Origin: Octopus vulgaris
Lineage: Eukaryota
NCBI GenBank assembly: GCA_951406725.2
Contig: OX597816.1
Location: 14,384,001 to 14,448,000 of the forward strand
Direction of reading: 5' to 3'
DNA length: 64,000 nt
Part shown: one piece after another, positions 26,629 to 40,006 of the stretch
Layout of the letters: each line of letters opens with the position of its first letter
Numbering within the stretch: the first letter of the stretch is position 1
The notes under the pieces: generated by a model
The model's input: only the letters and a program-made list of their open reading frames with translations
What the model was told of the DNA's origin: nothing
Databases searched by the model: none
Position numbers and translations under genes: made by a program

Positions 26629-26936
26629 AAGAGAAAATAAGAAAATAGAGATAATTAAATTGATAATTATTTATCAATTACAAAATTGGACATCATCTCT
26701 GACAGCTGTCTCGACTCAAGACTTTAGAAATTAATTAGTATAATTAAGAACATTTTAAAGTTGAAACTCATCGGCGATGGAAAAAGATACACTCAACATA
26801 CAATAATATGAAAATGTTCCTAATTATTCTAAGTAATTTCTAAAATCTTGAATCGAAACAGCTGTCAAAATGATGTCCAATTTTGTAATTAATAAATAAT
26901 TATCAATTTAATTATCTTTATTTTTTTATCTTCTTA
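26629..26936. repeat. Long inverted repeat (~130 bp arms) between (TA)n tracts
   Basis: gataattaaattgataattatttat...caaaattggacatcat...gacagctgt mirrored at 26810-26936. Confidence 0.85.
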
Positions 26937-27231
26937 TATATATATACATATATGAGTGTGTGTGTGTGGGGAGGGTATATGTGCGTCTGTATGTATATAA
27001 GAGAGAGAATATATGTATGAGAAGGGAACAAGAAAAGTAATGAACTTCATAAGCTTACAGGTGTTTCTACTGTAGAATGTAAGATGCAATACATTCATAA
27101 CTGAATTTGTGTGTACCATCCTATGATTTAGCCGGAGTTTCAAAAGTGAAGTGCAGTTTTATTTTGGAAAGCATTTACATAAATGATATTCTAATGGAAT
27201 CATTAAACAGATAGATATACATATACATATT

Positions 27232-27480
27232 ATTATGGCTGCCCTCTCGTTATCGAGTATGGCCATTGCACGAAGCTTAACTGTTACTGGTGCTGTGATC
27301 GAATGTGACTTTTTAGCCCAGCTAAATATCTACAATGTCTTGTACAGAATTGGCAACTAATGCCTCTACCGGTAATAGCCGGCTGTAGTTGTAACTGGGC
27401 TTCATGTACCTTTGCATGTCGTTTAAGTCCTCCTGCTGAATTACACTCTCTTCCAGATGCTCGACAGATATGATACTAAT
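27232..27480 (-). mobile_element. Possible decayed RTE-like LINE 3' end
   Basis: ...LG*KSHIRSQH followed by a short UTR ending gagagggcagccataataat. Confidence 0.4.
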
Positions 27481-27509
27481 CATACATATACATATATATA
27501 CATACATAG

Positions 27510-27560
<51 letters not shown>

Positions 27561-27598
27561 CATATATATATATATATATTTATGTATGTATATATGTA

Positions 27599-27631
<33 letters not shown>

Positions 27632-27642
27632 TAATGTATGTA

Positions 27643-27699
<57 letters not shown>

Positions 27700-28854
27700 C
27701 ATATACATTTATAAATTTAAACTACATCCATCTCTAGAATCATCGCATCAATATGAGGTGTGGCATCATTATTTTTGACATCACCAGTAAATTTCTAAAT
27801 TTGTCATGCGTTAAGTTGTTACGTTTAATCTGAAAGACTGTTGTCGCATATCCCCGAAGATCAAAGCGCCTGGCACGCAGATAAGATAAACATTTGTATG
27901 ACTAATTAGAAAAATGTGTAAATAAAAATGGCTCACAGTGCAATGGTTAACATGCTTTTCAGAATTCAAGAAGAGCGCCAGAGTTCAGGTTTCTTGAAGA
28001 CGTTCATAGTATTTCTAGCTCACTCTCAAATATATTGTATAAAAATATCTGGGAGTTTTAGTATTATATATACAATTCGTAGTTTGCTACAAACATACAT
28101 ACATACATACATACATACATACATACATACATACATACATACATACATACATTAGTTAATCAATTTAATCAATCAATCAATGTTGTTATCGTGCAATGCC
28201 TGTCCAAGAAGATTTTTTTTTAAGTGAGGAAAGGCTGTGCACTTAGTCAATCCCACTCACTAAGCAACAGCAGCCATAATCCGAAAAGAAGAGCAAGTCA
28301 ACATCATCGGTAACCACTGAGCCGCAGGTTTTATGTCGGAGTTATCCCAGTTACCTGAGTTCATTCTCCTAGAAGGATGTCCTAACAAAGGCTAGGAGTC
28401 CTTCACTGCCAATGGTTTAACATAAATGCATACATACATACATACATACATACATACATACATACATACATACATACATACATACATACATACATACATA
28501 CATACACACATACAAGCATACACACATTCTTTATCAAGAATATCATTGATAGTGAATTTGAAGTTTTGGCCGGCTAAGTCATCATCAGACTGTTCGAAAT
28601 TTCGAAGTCACTGTCGTTGCAATTCTTGCTGAAGAACAATAAATTAATGTAAAATTGATTTTATTACAGCTAAATATAAAAGGAAAATAGGTCGCTTTCG
28701 TCAGATTGTCGAAACTTCAAAATCCCTGTCAACCTTTTCCTAGCACTAGCTTAATAAACATGTTCTCTATTATAAATAGTTGAGTAACCTTGTAGTTTAC
28801 ATTATTGCAGTTTAAATTATTTTTATGTATAACTTGATCTAAACAACATACACT

Positions 28855-28942
<88 letters not shown>

Positions 28943-29094
28943 TGTGTGTGTAAAATACAAAAATAGGACAAGAACGCAAAACATCCAGACAGTTAGGTGA
29001 TACAAAATAAGGGACAACAAAACATCGAGACAGATCCGAATGTTGGAATCCGAATGGATCCGAATGTTGGAAAACAACGAAAAATATTGAAAAG

Positions 29095-29490
29095 AAAATG
29101 GAGGTGTTTCAAAAGAAATGATTAGGAAATATTTTGAAGGTCTACTGGCCGAATACGATCTTGAATAACTAAGTATACACCAAGGATAACGTGAAACCAA
29201 TAAGAGAAACTATTGATGGAAAGAGATGGAAAAGGCTGGGTCAAGTTTGTCGCTATAAACCGAACTCAATTGTCAGGATTACTTTATAATGGGTTCCACA
29301 AGGTAAAAGAAGAAGTGGCCAACCAAAGGAAACGTGGTGGAGAACAATAAGAAAAGATCTTAAAAGCAGAAGGGTTAACAATGGAACAGGCTGTCAAGGA
29401 TACTGCCAGTGTTAGAAGGTGGAATGATCTTGCTGTTGCCTCGAGTGCCACGAGGCACAATGAGCCCCGAATGAATGAATAAATGAATGA
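29095..29490 (+). mobile_element. RTE/RTEX-type LINE 3' fragment with (TGAA)n tail
   Basis: ILKVYWPNTI...KRWKRLGQVCRYKPNSIVRITL*WVPQGKRRSGQPKETWWRTIRKDLK...; tail gaatgaatgaataaatgaatga. Confidence 0.8.
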
Positions 29491-30323
29491 GTGTGTGTGT
29501 GTATGAATGTATATAAGCGTGTGCCTGTGTGTCTTTGCATATATGTATGAAAATATGTATGTAGGTATGAGTATATGCATTTCAGGCAGTTATATATCTG
29601 GATACCAGCAACCGTCGGTGTATATGATTCAAGTTGAGTCAAGAAAGGTTGAAAAGAGTACGATTGGTATTATATATGAAACCATGGTAGAGATAAAATT
29701 ACGTCGGTACCAACACTCACCCAGAGAACGGAATTTATACAGTTTACCACATGCATGTATTTAGACAAAAAAAGAAAAGAAACACCTATTTTTTTTATTC
29801 GTAGAGACGTTAGTAACACAGTTTTATCTGAAGAACATATAAAAAACTGGAAGTTAGTCAGAACGATCTTATTTTTTCTCCTGTCCGTGGAGAGATAAAA
29901 CTCTGATGCAACCATTTTGTTTATTTTACACGATGAAGCTAAAATTGTACGTTTATTGTAAAATGTAACACATTACAGTTCCAAGTGTTATTTGAAACCG
30001 CATTGTTGTGCACCATGTGTTAATTAATATACGTCTCCTACGCATGCAGTGTTAAGCAAACTAGACGGACTAGTTTAGAGAGTTCTAGTTTTTATGTTGT
30101 ATGAGTAGTTGTGGTGTTTGTTTCATGTGCAAATTTTTACAGGAGTCGTTAAACAGGTGGAATACATATGATTTAGCCCTTTATTTCCGGCAATTTAGTG
30201 AATCGATAAATAGGTCTCGATAAAATGTGTATCAAACCGAAATAACGACTCGAGTCGATATGATCCACTAAACACTCTTCGTCTAAACTGGCTGCAGTCC
30301 AATAGAAGAACAACGCAATAGAG

Positions 30324-30426
<103 letters not shown>

Positions 30427-30583
30427 CACATATATATATGAATGTATATGTAGATATACATTACAGGTACATAATACAAATATTTTTACGCATATATATT
30501 TACAATATATATATGTGTGTGTTTGTGTGTACGTGTGTGTGTGAGTGTGTGTATGTGCTTGTGTGTGTATTTTGTATATTTGT

Positions 30584-30625
<42 letters not shown>

Positions 30626-30811
30626 CAACGAAAATGTTGCGTAAATAGGAAACCGTATATCAGCACAATTGTTGATCTCTTCACATTATTCACATCATTC
30701 GTGGAATAATCTGTTGTAAATCCTTTGCTATTTTACATCACCGCTACATCATCCGACTATATTAATAAGTTTTTAAATTTTGGTTCAAGGCCAACGTTCT
30801 TGGGGAGTTGA

Positions 30812-31086
30812 TACCCTGACCCCAGGTTTGGATAATTCTCCTTTGGAAATATAGGTGCTTTGTTTAACATCCTTAAACAACCTTTATTCGGGGACCTTTT
30901 GAGCGGGATGGACCCCTACCTGCAAGGTCATGCGCTGTACATCTTAATATGAGACGACCATGTCGCACACATCTGGTTGTGATGCATGTGACTGGTGTAT
31001 CCTTATCAGACAGGTAGTCATGATGGGTATACTGGGCTTCGGATATTTTACCCGTCACTTTGATGGCATGCTCTGCTCTCTCACTC

Positions 31087-31087
<1 letters not shown>
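30812..31087 (+). mobile_element. 5'-truncated retroposon X
   Basis: Reverse-complement match to 15138-15440; followed by (AAT)n. Confidence 0.7.
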
Positions 31088-31154
<67 letters not shown>

Positions 31155-31160
<6 letters not shown>

Positions 31161-31558
31161 TTTTTTAAATGCTTTCTTATTGATGTATCAATACCGGCAG
31201 ATGACAACGTGTCTCTAAAAGAAATGGAGAAACTCTCAAAATACAAAGACCTGGAAATAGAGGTAACTAGAATGTGGAACCTGAAAACAGAAACAATTCC
31301 TATCATAGTAGGTGCATTAGGCATGATAAAAAAATATTCAGACAAATACATAACAAAAACACCAGGACTTACAAACACATATAACATACAGAAAATTGCA
31401 CTACTAGGCACTGCACACATCCTACGCAGAACACTTTCCATACAATAACCATCAGAGCATCACAACAAATCACAGCACATACCCAAGGCACACAGAGCTG
31501 CGCTCGGTAGTGAAGTGAAAGCACGCTATAAAAAAAATAAATAAATAAAACTACTGAA
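31155..31558 (+). mobile_element. R4/Dong-like LINE 3' fragment (RLE C-terminus, stop 31446-31448, 3'UTR) within (AAT)n
   Basis: CFLIDVSIPADDNVSLKEMEKLSKYKDLEIEVTRMWNLKTETIPIIVGALGMI...IQKIALLGTAHILRRTLSIQ*. Confidence 0.9.
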
Positions 31559-31617
31559 TAATAATAATAATAATAATAATGATACTAGTAATCTAAATGA
31601 GTGCGTATATATATATA

Positions 31618-31663
<46 letters not shown>

Positions 31664-31770
31664 GGAGTAAACACATAAATGTGAAACAAGGTGGAAAAAA
31701 CTGTCTAATGAACGGCAACGAGAAACTCAGAGTAACAGATTTTGTTGAATTTTCTGTTGCTTTAAATAAA

Positions 31771-31860
<90 letters not shown>

Positions 31861-32431
31861 TTGCTTGTTTATGTATGTATGTACACACACACACTCACAC
31901 ACACATATATATATTGAAATTTCGGCTAGAATTGGCTTAATAACACCACCTGGAGAAGACATTTAATGATGTTTCGTATTCGTACACATCTATGAAGCAA
32001 TACGTACAGACGTGCTTTCAGTTCATATGTTAATATCGATGTTGTTTGTAGTTGGTTAGTCTCACTGTTTGATACGCAGCAAATTTATTATAAACGGCAG
32101 ACAAAATCTCTCTGAGAAAACGCTGAAACAAACCACAGAACTTAAATGAGAAATGAATTCTTCACTCAGAATATAATCATGTTGTAGCCAGAATAGATAC
32201 AGAATTGGCGTAGATATTTATACTAAAATAACAACTTGCAGACGAGAGAAGAAATCTTAATCCCTGCCTGTCTGACTGTCAGTCTGTTTGCCTGTTTCTT
32301 CACCTCTATCTCTCTCCTTAACTCCTTTTTATGCAAGGAAATGTTTGCAGGATTGGCAAAGCTCACAAAATGTTCGTTATAACATTATTTTTTGTTCAGG
32401 TGTGTTTAGAATCGATGTACGTCGAGCGCCT

Positions 32432-32665
32432 TAAGGCGGCGAGTTGGCAGAACCGTTAGCACGCCGGGCAAAATGCGTAGCCGTATTTCGTCTGCCGTTA
32501 CGTTCTGAGTTCAAATTCCGCCGAAGTCGACTTTGCCTTTCATCCTTTCGAGGTCGATAAATTAAGTGCTAGTTACGCACTGGGGTCGATGTAATCGACT
32601 TAATTCGTTTGTCTGTCCTTGTTTGTCCCCTCTATGTTAGGCCCATTGTGGGTAATATAGAAACA
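32432..32665 (+). mobile_element. SINE family B monomer, tail 1
   Basis: aaggcggcgagttggcagaaccgttagcacgccggg...gagttcaaattcc. Confidence 0.85.
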
Positions 32666-34721
32666 TATACATTATGTACCCACATATACGAAGGTGACAA
32701 AGGGAAGACTATCAGATACATAGTGTAACTGCTCTGTTTATTGAGTGACAGATTGGTAGCTTGATTTATGAATGAATCATCAGATGTTCAATTAATGAAT
32801 ATATGTGTGTGTTTGTGTGTGAGTGTGATGTTCTATATTCATTCATGTTTTTACACACACATATTTATGTGTGGGGGTGCACTTGCGTTTGAGTGTGTGT
32901 GTGCGAGCATATTTAGTATAATGGCAGAAAGTAGAAATTTTACGTATAATTCATACTTTAATTGTGCTTAACAGCTCTTTCATTAAGATAATTACCACCA
33001 AATTTATAATTACATAATTGTCATTTATAATAATTTAAATTAAATTAAATTAAATTAATTCAAAAACTCTTTACCCAAATTACCAAGAATGCTGTGTTAA
33101 TGCTTTGCTGATTAACATGATACAACAGTCCAGATGATTTAACTAAATACAGTTGTTAAGACAAAATAATTTAATTTAGTTTAATATGTAGCAAAATTAT
33201 GCAATTATACATTTGGTAGTGTTTATCTTATTGAAACAGACGTTGCACATATCTAAAGTCATAGCTATATCTGAAATTTATCCTTTTCTGCAGTTATTGT
33301 AAATATCTACATTCATACAAATCGGTCCCCCTGCGTTTTACTGCAATGTGATATTGTGTTGGAGCTTAATGACCTGTTATTAATTGAATTCGTAATTACC
33401 GTGTATTTATTCTTTGTGTGTGCATGTGTGTGCGTATAATTTTGTGTGTGTATGTGTGCCTGTGTGTGCATGAGGGTGTAAATATATATATGAAAGTCAC
33501 TGTCTTTATATTTGTTTCGCAAGCCACGAATATCTTCCAATAAGTATATTGGTAACTATTAGTGTTTTTAATTAATGATCTTTGTAATTTTGATTTTGCA
33601 TGCTTCTAATGATGTCCAAAAAATCTCACGGATAGACAACAAATACCGCACAATCATTTTGAATTGTTTTTATTTGTTGTTCGACGCATTTTTCACTGAA
33701 AAACAAAATGTCTACTATTCAATGTTTGATGTTCATTCATATAAGATTATTTTAATTGCAGGCTTGTTTCACTAACTTTATATTTTGCCTGGGTTTATTT
33801 TCAATAAATCACTCCCAGTTTTTCTTCAAAATTTATTTTATTACTATTGAACAATTCTGCTTGTCTCTGGTATTCTCAGTTCCTTAGTTTCATATTAGCA
33901 GCATACATCATCCGTATCAAATGAATGTTTTCAGTGACAGTATTTCTCCTCACTAAATCATTTTAATAACTGTATTGCTAATATATGCATCGAACCGTTT
34001 ATTTATTTATTCGAATCATTTAAAAAGAATATTATATTTCCCAATGGAAATAATTTTCTTTTTCCAGTTCTTTTTTTTTTTTGCCATCGCAGCAATCAAA
34101 TATTTTCTAGTCATATATATATATATATATATATTACTATTAAAATTTAAGTTATTGAATATTTAAGAAAATATTTACATAAAATATTTAGATAAAAATT
34201 AGACACCGTATCTTGAAGAATTAAAATTGCATTACAGAATGCTGAAGAAATTGCTTTAACAATAAAATAAGAACGTTAATAAATCCTTCAACCCTTCCTA
34301 CTAATCTAACGCAAATAAACCGAAATACGCTCATGTGATTTAAAATTATTCAGTCCCAAAACGCTATTTCTATGTCTGATTATTGAAGAATGGTTCCTGT
34401 AGAATCGTTTACTGTAATATTTTACGATTACTTCTACGACACATACATACATACATACATATACTTTTATTTCTGAGCATAATTTACAACCGTTGTCTCA
34501 TAAGCTATGTTTTATTTTAATATACATTTTTTTTTCTCTTCACTAAACTATAATGGCTGCGCTTCTTTCCAGTATTTCATATTTTCTATAAATTGCAATA
34601 AAACCAAAACTTTTGTACAGCTGTCAAATATTCATTTGCATAAATTATATTTACGCTTCTCGTCATCGTATTGAATTCTTTAAGATTTAGTATTCTTGAA
34701 TGGAAGTTAAGAACAAATCAT

Positions 34722-34753
<32 letters not shown>

Positions 34754-35027
34754 TGTATGTATGTATGTATGTATGTATGTATGTATGTATGTATGTATGT
34801 ATGTATGTATGTATGTATGTATGTATGTATGTATATTTACATATAAATACGTATATGAAAACATTTATAGATAAATACAAACGTACATTATACACACATA
34901 TATATACATGTATATACATGTATATACATATATACATTAATATATATTCCTATATGTATGTATATATATAAATTATATATGCACCCACTAGAAGCACGTG
35001 TATATCTATCTGTTTCATACTGTAGGG

Positions 35028-35620
35028 CATAGGTTCTCAAAGTGGGCACTACCGCCCCGCGGTGGGTGTTGAGAGGGTCCAGATGGGAGCTGGTGCTTAA
35101 GGGGTGGCAGGGGGGCGGTAGAGAAAAAGGAGACATTGGGATGAAGGTAGTGGATTGAGGGACGCTATGAATTTATAATACTATTATAGTATTGTATACA
35201 AATTATATAATATTATATTAAATATCAAATGATTCATAGTATATATATATATATATATTCATAGTATATATATATATATATTAGTAAAATATAAAATATC
35301 TATTTTATCATGGAGGCGCAATGGCCTAGTGGTTAGGGCAGCGGACTTGCGGTCGGAGGATCGCGGTTTCGATTCCCAGACCGGGCGTTGTGTGTGTTTA
35401 TTGAGCGAAAAAATCACCTAAAAGCTCCACGAGGCTCCGGCAGGAGGTGGTGATCCCTGCTGTACTCTTTCACCACTCTAAAGGCGGTGCTCCAGCATGG
35501 CCGCAGTCAAATGACTGAAACAAGTACAAAAAAAAAATACATAAAAATAGGGGTGGGCGCTGAGGGTATTATATGGCCATAAGGGGTGAGGCGGTGGCCC
35601 AAAAAGTTTGAGAACCTCTG
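35028..35620. mobile_element. hAT (Charlie/MER5-like) MITE hosting a SINE chimera
   Basis: TIR cataggttctcaaa / tttgagaacctctg; 8 bp TSD ctgtaggg / ctgtagag. Confidence 0.8.
35311..35530 (+). mobile_element. Chimeric SINE: family E head fused to the family A terminal ~50 nt
   Basis: ...ctgtactctttcaccactc|taaaggcggtgctccagcatggccgcagtcaaatgactgaaacaagta. Confidence 0.8.
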
Positions 35621-36096
35621 CTGTAGAGTGTGACCTAAAGATACACTTCAGCTTCAAATAGATATCGTTTCTTTTGTTTATTTTGCTTCTTACTCTAAAT
35701 TGATAAAGGGTTCACCCGAAATGTCAGTCTCTTCTTTTCGCTTTCCTCTTTTTGGTATACTATTCTATTCATTGTATGCAACTTTTATTGTTTGTTTTTT
35801 TTGTGTGTGTTTGTGTATTTACATTTTGTCCATCACTTTTCCTATATTGGTTTACCTGTTGAAAAATTCTCACGTTGCTTATCTGTCCGCTTTCAATTCA
35901 CCCTCGTTCCATTTGTGCAATTTCACCTCTCCCTTTCTCTCTCTCTCTCTCTCCCTCTCTGTCTGTCTGCCTATCTGTCTGTCTCTGTGTGTCTCACTCT
36001 GTATATATATATATATATATACATACACACACTGTCTAAAATCGCTGTCTATTTTTTCACAACGCTTAAATCTCGTCAAAAGTTTTATCTGAAATA

Positions 36097-36395
36097 TCAG
36101 TGGTTAGAGCGTCGAGCTTACGATCGTGAGGTTGTGAGTTCGAATCTTGAGCAAGATACTTTACTTCACATTGCTCCAGTTCACTCAGCTGTAGAAATGA
36201 GTTGCGACGTCACAGGTGCCAAGCTGTATCGGTCCCTTTGCCTTTCCCTTGGATAACACTGGTGGCGTTGAGAGGAAAGACCGACATGCATGGGCGACTG
36301 CTGGTCTTCCATAAACAACCTTGCCCGGACTTGTACATGGGAGGGTAACTTTCTATGCGCAATCCTACCGTTAGACATGACCGAAGAGGGGGGCT
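36097..36395 (+). mobile_element. SINE with C-like head/core and a third tail type
   Basis: cagtggttagagcgtcgagcttacgatcgtgaggttgtgagttcgaatc; core cacattgctccagttcactcagctg. Confidence 0.7.
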
Positions 36396-36762
36396 CAGCA
36401 GCATAACTGTAGCTGTATTTCATAACGAGCAGTGAGGCATAGCCGATGTGTGACTAAATGAATGTGGGACTAAATGAATATTTATTGTAGAAGTAGAACG
36501 TGTAATCTAGCAATATAAGTTTATTGGTTTTCGTATACCTGTTCAAAAACGAAAGCGCATTCTTAAATGTACAGCGTTTGTAATATAGATTATGCCATTT
36601 TTTAATCAATTCTACGTTGGGTTTATTTAAGAACCACTCGTATTAGCAAGAATTAATTACTATCCCACTCGAAAGTTACATAATTATTTGTCCATCTTGA
36701 AATAAATGAGGCGTCTACGAGTTTGAAGATTGGTATTTAGGATTTTTAATACTAACATAATT

Positions 36763-36810
<48 letters not shown>

Positions 36811-37555
36811 TATATATACATATATACATGTATGTATGTATATATATATATATATAATACATACACGTATATATACATGTATATATATGTATATATATAT
36901 ACATATATATATATACATATATCATGTATGTATATATATATATATAATACATACACGTATATATACATGTATATATATATATATGTATATATATCTATAC
37001 ATATATATATAATACACGTATATACATATATGTATGTATATGTATATATATATGTAGTTATATATATATACATTTATATATATATGATGTATATATACAT
37101 ATTGGGAGAGACATATGCATGTCTGTGTGTGTGTGTATGTGTGTGTGTGTGCGTGTGTGTGTACGTATATGCCCGCTATTTACATGTAATTTTCGGCAAA
37201 TGCTTCAGCTTAGGGTAAATTTGAAATTCATGCTAAACCGGTTTTCAGCTGCACACAATTAATTCTGCACATTCATATACACTCGTTAACTGTAAATCAT
37301 ACTACAGATTATACGCCATAATGTGTTTGTAATAGTATTTAATCAAACATGCTTTGTTTTTTTACCTTTTGAGTTACAAGAAAAGCTCAAGGTAGTTTAC
37401 CCTCAATAACTTCGAATAATTTGAATCGCATGCGATTCTATAAAGGTTTTCTTAGTATTTAAAACAGAAATTCTATTTAGGGCAGCGTTAAATGTTTTAC
37501 TTTCAAATAATGCATTATTATGCAGCCAACATCAATATGGAATGAGGCTTTATGA

Positions 37556-37790
37556 TATCCCTTGACAAGTTCCTCATCGACCATGTTCTGATATTTGGTT
37601 TTCTTCAGCTGATGAGAAATGTCGAGCCTGTCCTCCCAGGGCAGTGTCAATTCCAAAACATTTATTGTTTTTGCACTTCTGGATATCCAGAATCTGTCTG
37701 TTCAGAGTGATATCACTACTGTCGCCTTTAGGAAGATGAGTGAGTCTAACCCTTGGGTTTAGCTGCATTTCTCAGGCACAACAAAACTGA
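37556..37790 (-). mobile_element. Hero/R2-like LINE RLE domain fragment
   Basis: SRSAKTINVLELTLPWEDRLDISHQLKKTKYQNMVDEELVKG (ELTxPWE...KxxKY motif). Confidence 0.7.
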
Positions 37791-37948
37791 TCTCGGTGTA
37801 TGCCCGAAGAAGAGATAAATATTCTTAGTTTAAGAGTGATTGGTTCGGAAGAAACAGTAATGTGTACCATTAAATATCTTTGAGTAACACAAACTTCATC
37901 GTTCTATATCTTGAATGGAAATTCTTGTTATTATCTACAAACTCTTGA

Positions 37949-38250
37949 AGGGGCGTGGCTAGTGGTTAAGATATTTGGCTCATGACCGTAAGATCGTCAG
38001 ATCGATTACCGGCGGTGCTTTGTGTCCTTTATTTCTCGTTGCTCCAGTCCACTCAATTGGCAAAATGTATGTTACCTGTAGCTCAAAGGGTCAGCTTTGT
38101 CACATTCTGAGTCACACTGAATCTCCCTGAGATCTACGTCAAAGATACACGAATCTGTTGAATACTCAGCCACTTGTACGTTAATTTCGCGCGCAGGCTG
38201 TTCCGTTGATCGGATCAATTGGAACACTCGTCGTCGTAACCGACGGAGTA
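37949..38250 (+). mobile_element. SINE with C-type head and D tail
   Basis: Matches 8843-9150. Confidence 0.8.
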
Positions 38251-38269
38251 ACGGCTGCTCTCTCTTTCA

Positions 38270-38503
38270 AGGCGGCGAACTGTCAGAAACGTTAGCACGC
38301 CGGGCGAAATGCTTAGCGGTATTTCGTCTGCGTTACGTTGTGAGTTCAAATTCCGCCGAGGTCGACTTTGCCTTTCATCCTTTCGGGGTCGATAAATTAA
38401 GTACCAGTTACGCACTGGAGTCGATGTAATCGACTTAATACCTATGTCTGTCCCTGTTTGTCCCCTCTGTGTTTAGCCCCTTGTGGGCAATAAAGAAATA
38501 GGT
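38270..38503 (+). mobile_element. SINE family B monomer
   Basis: 14 bp TSD tgctctctctttca at 38256-38269 and 38504-38517. Confidence 0.9.
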
Positions 38504-38617
38504 TGCTCTCTCTTTCATTCTAATGTGATGGTCATTATTTCTCATCCTGCAAAAGTAGCATTTATTGAACAGACATTTCGGGTGGCATTTAAATATAAAC
38601 GGTAATGGGTTCTAGAT

Positions 38618-38724
38618 AAATTAAGTACCAGTTACGCACTGGGGTCGATGTAATCGACTTAATACCTATGTCTGTCCTTGTTTGTCCCCTCTGTGTTTAG
38701 CCCCTTGTGGGTAATAAAGAAATA
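38618..38724 (+). mobile_element. 5'-truncated SINE B
   Basis: 17 bp TSD ggtaatgggttctagat at 38601-38617 and 38725-38741. Confidence 0.9.
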
Positions 38725-39268
38725 GGTAATGGGTTCTAGATGAATGACCCCAGAGAAAACACTCTAACGTTATTTACAGTTCCTGTCAATTGGAATCTTT
38801 TGTTATAATTAGCGTCAGAAAGATATGATGGGAACGGATTTTTGTAAAGAACTTGAACTGATTGTGCGAAAAAAAAAAGAGAAAACAAATAGCAGATTCT
38901 ATCAGAGACGTTCTATTGGAGGAGTGGATGGGGGGGGGGGGGCAGAGTCTGCGGACCGCACAAGTCAAGATGCTTTTTGTATGTATGTTTGATGTATGTT
39001 AGGTTTAAGGAAGAGGCGGCTATTTTGGCTACCGCACAAGGAGGCTAGAATCCACGCTACTTCTCTGGAACTTATAATTTCATCGTCTCAGAAAACCACC
39101 ATCATCATCCACCCCGCGATGCATAAATTAATTAATAGATATCAAATTCTTCACAGATTCACAAGTTGTTTTTTATTTAGGTCGAGCAGACCTATCATCG
39201 ATGAAATTCTAACAGTAATCATCACGTCTATCTCATCATCATCATCATCATCATTATTATTATTACTA

Positions 39269-39319
<51 letters not shown>

Positions 39320-39962
39320 TACTACTGTTGTTGACATTTCTTAGATCGCATTTATAAAAAGGTACAATGTGGTATGTGAGAGAGAGAGAAAGAGACTTGG
39401 TTTCTATTTCTAGCAGTTTGAAAGACCACGTACTGGCTTCCTGCATAAGTAATTCGAATAAAGTGCTTGTATGTTTATTTTTACTCTTGTACCTGAAAGA
39501 TTTCAGCAGACGTCTATCGTTAAATATGGTTAGTTACGTAATTCGAGCCTTCTTAAAACTTGGTGTGGTTATCTGCCAAAGCTACTGCCAACTTTTGCCT
39601 TAAGACATATACATATGTCTATACATACGCATATTAACGCACGCACATACACACACACACACATGCATCCATACGTACATGAATGCGCGCATACAATAAG
39701 TATTATATAATATATATAAATATACGCACACGTCTCTGTGTGTATGTGTATAGGTATATAGTATCGTAAATTGAGTTTAAATAATTGTTTATTTTTGTTT
39801 TATTACGCAACTGATCTTACATAACAAACTTCAACGTAGAAAAAAAAATTAGTAGTTTTAAAGATATAGCTTTTATTTAACAAGATGTTATTATCAAAAC
39901 TTAATAGTATCAAATGGCTGCATACATCATCTAACTCTCTCCCTTTCTTATCTCTCTCTCTC

Positions 39963-40006
<44 letters not shown>

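Noticed and set aside
28170-28420. GC-richer segment between (TACA)n tracts, possibly a retroposon piece
   Set aside because: No second copy, ORF motif or TSD visible to support a call
30960-31448. 162 aa ORF as a host gene with poly-Asn
   Set aside because: Chance read-through of retroposon X, (AAT)n and a LINE RLE fragment
35312-35385. tRNA-like sequences with A/B boxes (also 7294, 36097, 49310, 58800)
   Set aside because: They continue into SINE bodies, some with TSDs, and lack a proper acceptor stem; SINE heads, not tRNA genes
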